The translations under genes were made by a program, and so were the position numbers. The notes beneath the pieces are model-generated. The model made no database searches and was not told the DNA's origin. It saw only the letters and a program-made list of their open reading frames with translations. From Thiothrix sp. (GTDB lineage Bacteria > Pseudomonadota > Gammaproteobacteria > Poriferisulfidales > GCA-002705445), in assembly GCA_038154165.1 (NCBI GenBank), contig JAYOZO010000001.1, positions 85,847-121,090 on the forward strand: a stretch of DNA of 35,244 bases. Direction: 5' to 3'. Shown here piece after piece: positions 28,808 through 35,244 of the stretch (position 1 is its first letter; each line of letters starts with the position of its first letter).

Positions 28808-29424
28808 ATGATTGATGAATTTTTATTTAAAAATCTTTGTGTTGTTTCTGCGCCTTCTGGAGCAGGCAAGACAAGTCTGATTAAAAAAATATCTAGAGAA
28901 AAAAATATTGCTGTTGCTGTTTCGCAAACAACTAGAAAGCCTAGAATCGGCGAAAAAGATGGAGAAGATTATTTTTTTGTAGATATTGATATTTTTCAAG
29001 AAAATATAAAAAAAGAAGCTTATTTAGAATACGCTTTTGTTCACGAAAATTATTACGGGACACTTATTGATTCAGTTGTAAATTTAATAGAAAAAAATCT
29101 TTTTGTTATTCTTGAAATTGATTTTCAAGGTGCTGAAAAATTAAAAAAAAAATTCCTTTTTCTAGAAATATTTTTATATTACCACCATCACTTTCTGAGC
29201 TAGAAAAAAGACTTCGAAATAGAGGTACAGATAAAGAAGATGTGATTTTGCGAAGAATTAAAAATGCAAAATTTGAAATCAGTATGGCAAAAAATTATGA
29301 TTATATTATTCTGAACGATGATTTTTCACGCGCAGAGAAAATGTTATTAAAATTTATTTTAGATAAAGATATGATTATTCATGAGGAAATTCGTAAAGAA
29401 CCTTTGATAGATAATGAATTTTAA
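28808..29424 (+). pseudogene. gmk: guanylate kinase, reading frame interrupted by a 1-nt frameshift in an A10 tract (possibly still expressed)
   Basis: The first part (28808..29152) carries the P-loop SAPSGAGKTSL, the TTR.PR.GE..G.(D/H)YFF motif and DFQGA. After the A10 run at 29143..29152 that frame reads nonsense and stops at 29203. The -1 frame continues IPFSRNIFILPPSLSELEKRLRNRGTDKEDVILRRI...YDYIILNDDF up to the stop at 29424, collinear with E. coli Gmk. An A11 run would give one 205-codon ORF. Confidence 0.85.
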
Positions 29425-29469
29425 AGTACTATTTGTATATAAATAACTATAAATGTAAGGAATATTAAT

Positions 29470-29895
29470 ATGGCTAGAATTACTGTAGAAGATTGTCTTG
29501 AGCAAGTAGAAAATCGTTTTCACCTTGTAAGGGTGGCAAGCAAAAGAGCGAGACAATTGATGAATGGGAAAGAACCTACATTAGATTGGGATAATGATAA
29601 AGCAACTGTATTGGCTTTACGTGAAATAGCTGCAGGGAATATTACCGAAGAGATGCTTGTTGAAAAACCAATTGTAATTGAGGATGAAGGGTTATTTAAT
29701 CAATCTGAAATTGATGAAGAAACTGGTGTTTTGCTTAATGATGATAATATTGAGAGCAATGAAAATGAAGTTAAAAAGGATAGTGATTCTCAAATTTATA
29801 CAAATGAAGTTTCTATGAGCTCGGAAAATATAATAATAGAGGAAGATATCTTAACAGGATCAGCTGAAACAACTGAAACAGAAGAAATAACCTAG
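29470..29895 (+). CDS. rpoZ: DNA-directed RNA polymerase subunit omega, with long acidic C-terminal extension
   Basis: The N-terminal ~60 aa match omega ([30 protein letters not shown]...TVLALREI). The total length is 141 aa against 91 aa in E. coli. The gmk-rpoZ-spoT synteny is conserved. Confidence 0.92.
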   Translation: MARITVEDCLEQVENRFHLVRVASKRARQLMNGKEPTLDWDNDKATVLALREIAAGNITEEMLVEKPIVIEDEGLFNQSEIDEETGVLLNDDNIESNENEVKKDSDSQIYTNEVSMSSENIIIEEDILTGSAETTETEEIT

Positions 29896-29921
29896 AAACT
29901 AATTTTGGATAATTATATGGT

Positions 29922-32102
29922 ATGGTTGAAACTTCAAGTTTAAAAAAATCTTATTTGGGTCATCATAGTTCGTCTAACCCCGCGCTCAATAATCTTTTAA
30001 AAAAATCTATTACATATCTTAACAAGAAACAAATTACTCTTATTAAAGATGCTTACATTTTTAGTAATGAAAGTCATAAAGGTCAATTAAGAAAAAGCGG
30101 AGAACCATATATTAATCACCCATTGTCTGTTGCTTCCATACTTGCAGAAATGAAAATGGATGCCGTAAGTATTGCTGCTGCAATTCTTCATGATGTAGTT
30201 GAGGATACTCACGTTAGTAATAAAGATATTCAAGACTCATTCGGTGAGGAAATAGCCAAATTGGTTGATGGTGTGAGTAAAATTGATAATATAAAATTTT
30301 TATCAAGAGATGAAGCGCAAGCAGAAAATTTCAGTAAAATGATGTTAGCGATGTCAGATGATCTTAGAGTTATATTGGTAAAACTTGCAGATAGATTGCA
30401 CAATATGAGAACTTTAGATTGTTTATCTAAAGATAAAAAACTTAGAATTGCAAAAGAAACTCTTGAGATCTATGTTCCTATAGCTCTCCGATTAGGTATG
30501 AACAAATTAAGACTTGAGCTTGAAGAAATTTCATTTAAAACAATAAATCCTCTAAGATATAAGATTATTAATAAAGCTGTTGAAAGTCACAAAGGAAACA
30601 AAATAAAATTTTTAGCAGATATTAATGAAAAAATTTCTGCGAGACTTAAAGATCTAAATATTGAAGCACAAATATACTCAAGACAAAAAAATGCTTATAG
30701 TATTTATAAAAAAATGAAAAAAAAGAAAGTAAGTTTTAATGCTGTTTTTGATATATATGGATTAAGAGTTGTTACAAATAAAATAGATGATTGTTATAGA
30801 ATTTTTGGAGCAACTCATAACTTATTTAAACCTGTTCCAGGAAAATTTAAAGATTATATTGCCATACCTAAATCAAACGGTTATCAGGCATTGCATACCG
30901 TATTATTTGGTCCTAATGCAATACCTATCGAAGTGCAGATAAGAACAAAAGAAATGGATCATTTTGCAGAGTCTGGAATAGCTTCTCATTGGCAATATAA
31001 AACCGGCGGTCATTCGTCTGCACAAGCATATGCGAGAGATTGGTTACAAAAAATCATTGAAATGAAGCAAAATTCTTCAAACTCCATTGATCTTCTAGAA
31101 AATATTAAAATTGATCTTTTCCCAGATGAGATATATATATTTACACCTAAAGGCGAAATAAAAGAGTTGCCATATCGAAGTAGTATTGTTGACTATGCAT
31201 ATTCAGTTCATTCGGATGTCGGAAATAAATGTACAGCAGCAAAAATAAATAATATAGACGTTCCTTTGAGTACAATGCTTTCCTCAGGACAGACTGTTGA
31301 AATTATTACCACGCCAATTGGAAAGCCAAATCCATCTTGGTTAGAGTTTGTTGTTACAGCAAAGGCACGTACAAATATCAAAAATTATTTAAAAAAGATG
31401 AAGGCAGAGCAAGCTTCAGATCTAGGATTAAGGATTTTAGACAAGTCTCTGCATGACTATGGCACTTCATTTACGGACATTCCATATAGTCAAATAAGAA
31501 GATTATTAAATGAATATAATTTAAAAAGCGAAAAAGATTTGTTTATAGAGATTGGTTTAGGGAATATCGTACCGCACTTCGCTGCTAAAAATCTTGCAAT
31601 CAAAAAGAATTTTGTGAAACAAAAATATTATGATTGGGTTTCAAAAGTTTTAGGATCAAAAAAAATACAAAATATCTCTATTAAGGGGACAGAAGGATTA
31701 GTTTTGAATTATGCGAAATGTTGCAGACCTATACCAGGTGACAATATTGTGGGTTTAACTTCATCGGGAAATGGATTTGTTGTTCATAGATCTGTTTGTA
31801 ATAATATTAAGAAAATAAAAGTAAAGAAAATATTTATAGAATGGGCTGATGAAGTAAGCGGGGAATATCTTACGCAAATAAGAGTATTTTCTGAAAAACA
31901 AAGAGGCGTTCTTGCAAATGTTGCTGGAGTTATATCTCGTCTTTCTTGTAACATAGAAAATGTTAAGTTTGATGAAGTTCAATATCCTTATGCTTCTTTC
32001 GTATTTACAATTGATGTAAAAAATAGAAAGCATTTAGCTGATGTAATAAAAGAATTAAAAAAATTAAAAAATATTAATAAAGTGATGAGGACACTAGGAT
32101 AA
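29922..32102 (+). CDS. spoT: bifunctional (p)ppGpp synthetase/hydrolase (RelA/SpoT homologue)
   Basis: 726 aa with an HD hydrolase domain (HPLSVA...ILHDVVEDT), a synthetase domain (YSIYKKM, YQALHT, EVQIRT), a TGS domain and a C-terminal ACT-like domain. It sits after rpoZ. Confidence 0.93.
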   Translation: MVETSSLKKSYLGHHSSSNPALNNLLKKSITYLNKKQITLIKDAYIFSNESHKGQLRKSGEPYINHPLSVASILAEMKMDAVSIAAAILHDVVEDTHVSNKDIQDSFGEEIAKLVDGVSKIDNIKFLSRDEAQAENFSKMMLAMSDDLRVILVKLADRLHNMRTLDCLSKDKKLRIAKETLEIYVPIALRLGMNKLRLELEEISFKTINPLRYKIINKAVESHKGNKIKFLADINEKISARLKDLNIEAQIYSRQKNAYSIYKKMKKKKVSFNAVFDIYGLRVVTNKIDDCYRIFGATHNLFKPVPGKFKDYIAIPKSNGYQALHTVLFGPNAIPIEVQIRTKEMDHFAESGIASHWQYKTGGHSSAQAYARDWLQKIIEMKQNSSNSIDLLENIKIDLFPDEIYIFTPKGEIKELPYRSSIVDYAYSVHSDVGNKCTAAKINNIDVPLSTMLSSGQTVEIITTPIGKPNPSWLEFVVTAKARTNIKNYLKKMKAEQASDLGLRILDKSLHDYGTSFTDIPYSQIRRLLNEYNLKSEKDLFIEIGLGNIVPHFAAKNLAIKKNFVKQKYYDWVSKVLGSKKIQNISIKGTEGLVLNYAKCCRPIPGDNIVGLTSSGNGFVVHRSVCNNIKKIKVKKIFIEWADEVSGEYLTQIRVFSEKQRGVLANVAGVISRLSCNIENVKFDEVQYPYASFVFTIDVKNRKHLADVIKELKKLKNINKVMRTLG

Positions 32103-32485
32103 TGAAAAAGGAATATATTCATACAGATAAAGCGCCTGCAGCTATTGGTGCATATTCACAAGCTGTTAAACTTGAAAATATTATATATTTATCAGGGCAA
32201 ATACCATTAGAACCAATTAAAATGACCCTTATATCTGAAGATATTGATGATCAAATAAAACAAGTTTTTATAAATTTAAGATCTGTGCTTGAAGCATCTG
32301 GCTCGTCTCTTAACAATATTCTTAAGTTAAACGTTTATTTAACTAATTTAGAGAATTTTTCTAAAGTAAATGAGCATATGGATAAAATTTTTGATAAGCC
32401 TTACCCAGCAAGAGCAGCAATAGGTATTAATGAGCTCCCTAAAGGTTCTTTAATTGAGATTGACGCAATAGCAGTTGTTAAATAA
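32102..32485 (+). CDS. ridA: RidA/YjgF-family reactive enamine/imine deaminase
   Basis: 127 aa with AP.AIGAYSQAV, YLSGQIP, and PARAAIG...LP.G.L(I/V)EIDAIA. It has a 1-nt TAATG overlap with spoT and the same position as the L-PSP family gene after spoT in Pseudomonas. Confidence 0.9.
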   Translation: MKKEYIHTDKAPAAIGAYSQAVKLENIIYLSGQIPLEPIKMTLISEDIDDQIKQVFINLRSVLEASGSSLNNILKLNVYLTNLENFSKVNEHMDKIFDKPYPARAAIGINELPKGSLIEIDAIAVVK

Positions 32486-32493
32486 ATTTTAAT

Positions 32494-34557
32494 ATGTCTC
32501 AAAGTCTTTTAGATCTTAAGGGTATTGGTGAAAAAGCCTTAATTAAACTTAGTAAAATAGGTATTAACTCTGTTGAGGAATTATTATTTCATTTACCAAT
32601 AAGGTATCAAGATAAAACAAAATTAACAAACATTTCAGATTTAGAACACGGAAAAAAATATCTTATTGAGGGTGTAATAGAAAAAGCAAATATTATTTTT
32701 TATAAAAAAAGAATGTTCGTAGTTAGAATCTCAGACCTCACAGGAAGTATTCAGCTTAGGTTTTTTTATTTTAATAAAAGTCAAATGAGCAATTTTTCGA
32801 TAGGAAAATCAGTAAGATGTTATGGGGAAGCAAGAATAACAAAAACAACAAAAGAATTTATTCATCCTGAATGTCAATTTTTTAGTCAAAGCAACAGACC
32901 TATTTTAGATGAATATTTAACTCCTGTTTATCCAATTACAGAAGGTTTACATCAGTACAGCTTGAGGAATTTTATAAAACAATCCTTAGCTTTATTAAGA
33001 TCTAAAGAAATCCAGTTTCCAGAAATTCTTCCAAATAAAATTTTAAAAAAATATAATTTAGAAAATATAAACATAGCATTGATTAATATTCATAATCCTC
33101 CAAAAAATATAATTTATGAGGATTTAATTAATACAGCAAACAGAGATAAAAAAAGATTAGTATTTGAAGAATTATTAGCACATCAGTTGGTCTTTAAAAG
33201 AATAAGAGCATTTAACAAAACGTTAAAATCTTTTCAATTAAATAATAATGATGAGCCAATTAAGAAGTTAATAGAAAAACTTCCCTTTCAGCCAACAAAA
33301 TCTCAGTTATGTGTGATGGAAGAAATAGTTGGTAATATGCAAAAAAAGACACCAATGATGAGACTGGTGCAAGGCGATGTTGGATCTGGGAAAACACTTG
33401 TGGCCTTGTTTGGTGCTTTACATGCAATTACTAATGGTTACCAGGTTGCATTTATGGCTCCAACAGAAATTCTTTCAGAGCAACATTATCAAAGTATTAA
33501 AATAATGCTAAAAGGTTTTAATATCAAAATTGCTTTGTTGTATGGAGGCATGAAAACAAAAGAAAAAGACATAATTATTGAAGATATAAAATTAGGAAAT
33601 ATCGATTTAGTAATTGGTACTCATGCTTTAATTCAAAACCAAGTAAAATTTTCTAATTTAGCTCTTGTTATAATTGACGAACAACATAAATTTGGCGTAC
33701 ATCAAAGAATGATACTTACCTCTAAAGGAAAAAATTCTGATATATTTCCTCACCAGCTAATTTTAACTGCAACACCAATACCAAGAACACTAGCAATGAC
33801 CTTATATGGAAACTTAGACTATTCAATTATTGATGAGATGCCTATGGGGAGAAAAAGAATTAATACAATTGCTTTATCTGAAAACAGAAGGCAAGAGGTA
33901 TTTAAAAAAATTCAGAAACAATGTCATGAGGGCAATCAAGTTTTTTGGGTTTGCCCATTAATAGATGAATCTGAAGTTTTGGAATGTAAGGCAGCAACCA
34001 AAACTTACGATGAGCTAAAAAAGAAAATCACAAATGTAAATATTGGATTAATACACGGTAGAATGAAAATGAAAGAGAAAGAAGTTGTAATGAATGATTT
34101 TAGGAATAAAAAAATAGATCTTCTGGTGTCTACAACAATTATTGAAGTTGGCTTAGATATTCCAAATGCAACAATAATTGTAATTGAAAATTCAGAAAGA
34201 ATGGGATTATCTCAATTACATCAATTAAGAGGAAGGGTTGGAAGGGGGGAAAAAGAAAGCACTTGTATTTTAATATATAAAAGAGGCTTAAGTGAAACTG
34301 CTAAAAGTCGAATCAATATACTAAGAAAGCATAATAACGGTTTTGATATCGCTAAAGAAGATTTAGAAATAAGAGGGCCAGGGGAAATATTAGGCAAAAA
34401 ACAAAAAGGCGAAATAAATTTTAAGATTGCGAATATCACTAGGGATTATAAATATATAAAAGAAACAAAAGAATGTTCTAATATGGTTTCTGAGGAAGCT
34501 TCTGAGTTATTAGCTAAGAGATGGATTACAGAAAAAATTGAAATTGGAAAAGTTTGA
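32494..34557 (+). CDS. recG: ATP-dependent DNA helicase RecG
   Basis: 687 aa with an N-terminal wedge/OB domain and SF2 helicase motifs (GDVGSGKT, DEQHKFG, TATPIPRT, QLHQLRGRVGRG). Confidence 0.95.
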   Translation: MSQSLLDLKGIGEKALIKLSKIGINSVEELLFHLPIRYQDKTKLTNISDLEHGKKYLIEGVIEKANIIFYKKRMFVVRISDLTGSIQLRFFYFNKSQMSNFSIGKSVRCYGEARITKTTKEFIHPECQFFSQSNRPILDEYLTPVYPITEGLHQYSLRNFIKQSLALLRSKEIQFPEILPNKILKKYNLENINIALINIHNPPKNIIYEDLINTANRDKKRLVFEELLAHQLVFKRIRAFNKTLKSFQLNNNDEPIKKLIEKLPFQPTKSQLCVMEEIVGNMQKKTPMMRLVQGDVGSGKTLVALFGALHAITNGYQVAFMAPTEILSEQHYQSIKIMLKGFNIKIALLYGGMKTKEKDIIIEDIKLGNIDLVIGTHALIQNQVKFSNLALVIIDEQHKFGVHQRMILTSKGKNSDIFPHQLILTATPIPRTLAMTLYGNLDYSIIDEMPMGRKRINTIALSENRRQEVFKKIQKQCHEGNQVFWVCPLIDESEVLECKAATKTYDELKKKITNVNIGLIHGRMKMKEKEVVMNDFRNKKIDLLVSTTIIEVGLDIPNATIIVIENSERMGLSQLHQLRGRVGRGEKESTCILIYKRGLSETAKSRINILRKHNNGFDIAKEDLEIRGPGEILGKKQKGEINFKIANITRDYKYIKETKECSNMVSEEASELLAKRWITEKIEIGKV

Positions 34558-35244
34558 TTATTTACTACTTAACAAAGTTTTAAGCATTTCATCATTTGTG
34601 GGATCTTTTGATATTAAAATTTTGTAACTAAAAAATTTTGTAACTATTTCTTTCGCAATTCTATCATTTCCAGCAACAAAAACTATATTTTTAGAAATTT
34701 CTAACTTGAGTATTTGACATATATATTCTAGATTAAACAAGATTTCTACACTTGTGATACAAATATGAGTAATACTATTGAGTGTGTTCTGAGAAAGACT
34801 TGAAAATGTTATTGGAACGCTTCTTTCGTATATATTAACGTCGTCATAAAGAAAATTATTTTTAGATAGTTTTTTGTGAAGTAAAGATCTCCCACCAATC
34901 CCTTTTATAATTATAATTTTTTTATCAATGATTCGATGCTTTTCTATTTCGTCTAAAAGTGATTCACTTGTATAGTTATTTTCAGGAACTATATCAACTT
35001 TTATCTTCATTTTATTTAAAACTCTTTCTGTAGACTTCCCAATTGCTATTATTTTTTTTGATTTTATAGAATTAATATTTACTTCTTTCAATAAAGAATA
35101 AACAGAGTTTTGGCTTGTAAAAATTATTATATCCGCTTGGTCTAAATTTTTTTTATTTGAAACATTCAAATGAATTTTTTTTATTGCAATGAGAGGAAAA
35201 ACAATATTTTTAATATTATTTTTTTTTAAAATTAAAGAAAATTT
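34558..35244 (-). CDS. hemD: uroporphyrinogen-III synthase, 5' end beyond the window
   Basis: The minus-strand frame stays open from the listed TTG (35169) to the window edge. It reads ...KNIVFPLIAIKKIHLNVSNKKNLDQADIIIFTSQNSV, which matches the HemD N-terminal FPLI...(D/E).(I/L)(I/L)F.S.(N/H)(A/S)V region. The stop codon abuts the recG stop. Confidence 0.7.
   Translation of the reverse strand, partial: KFSLILKKNNIKNIVFPLIAIKKIHLNVSNKKNLDQADIIIFTSQNSVYSLLKEVNINSIKSKKIIAIGKSTERVLNKMKIKVDIVPENNYTSESLLDEIEKHRIIDKKIIIIKGIGGRSLLHKKLSKNNFLYDDVNIYERSVPITFSSLSQNTLNSITHICITSVEILFNLEYICQILKLEISKNIVFVAGNDRIAKEIVTKFFSYKILISKDPTNDEMLKTLLSSK

Overview
This is a 35.2-kb, very AT-rich (about 30% GC by eye) and extremely gene-dense chromosomal segment, most likely from a genome-streamlined gammaproteobacterium. 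The exact taxon cannot be determined from the sequence alone. Gene order reproduces several conserved Pseudomonas/Oceanospirillales-type blocks joined together: glyS; thiS-thiG-trmB; ubiA-bioB-bioF; coaBC-dut-algC-argB; ispH-lspA-ileS-ribF-murJ / rpsT / proB-obg-rpmA-rplU / ispB; gmk-rpoZ-spoT-ridA-recG; hemD. I support about 38 protein-coding genes and one tRNA-Thr(CGU). I found no rRNA, CRISPR array, transposase, integrase, phage gene or recognisable defence gene. Both window edges cut genes (glyS at the left, hemD at the right). The only accessory-looking stretch is about 24.6-28.6 kb. It holds an ACR3 arsenite exporter abutted to a small repeat-containing protein, an orphan PstS phosphate-binding protein, and a divergently transcribed OprO/P-type phosphate porin. 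The only two clear intrinsic terminators I could find sit inside this stretch: one separates pstS from acr3 and the other follows the porin. I do not see a convincing multi-gene novel system. The best leads are: (1) the essential gmk gene is split by a frameshift inside an A10 homopolymer; (2) a perfect 16-bp tandem duplication spans the ACR3 start codon and creates an overlapping out-of-frame mini-ORF; (3) a cysteine-free 82-aa protein with a perfect 27-bp tandem repeat abuts ACR3 stop-to-start; (4) two further small membrane ORFs sit inside otherwise conserved synteny. All homology statements come from by-eye alignment to remembered family sequences and motifs, not from database searches.
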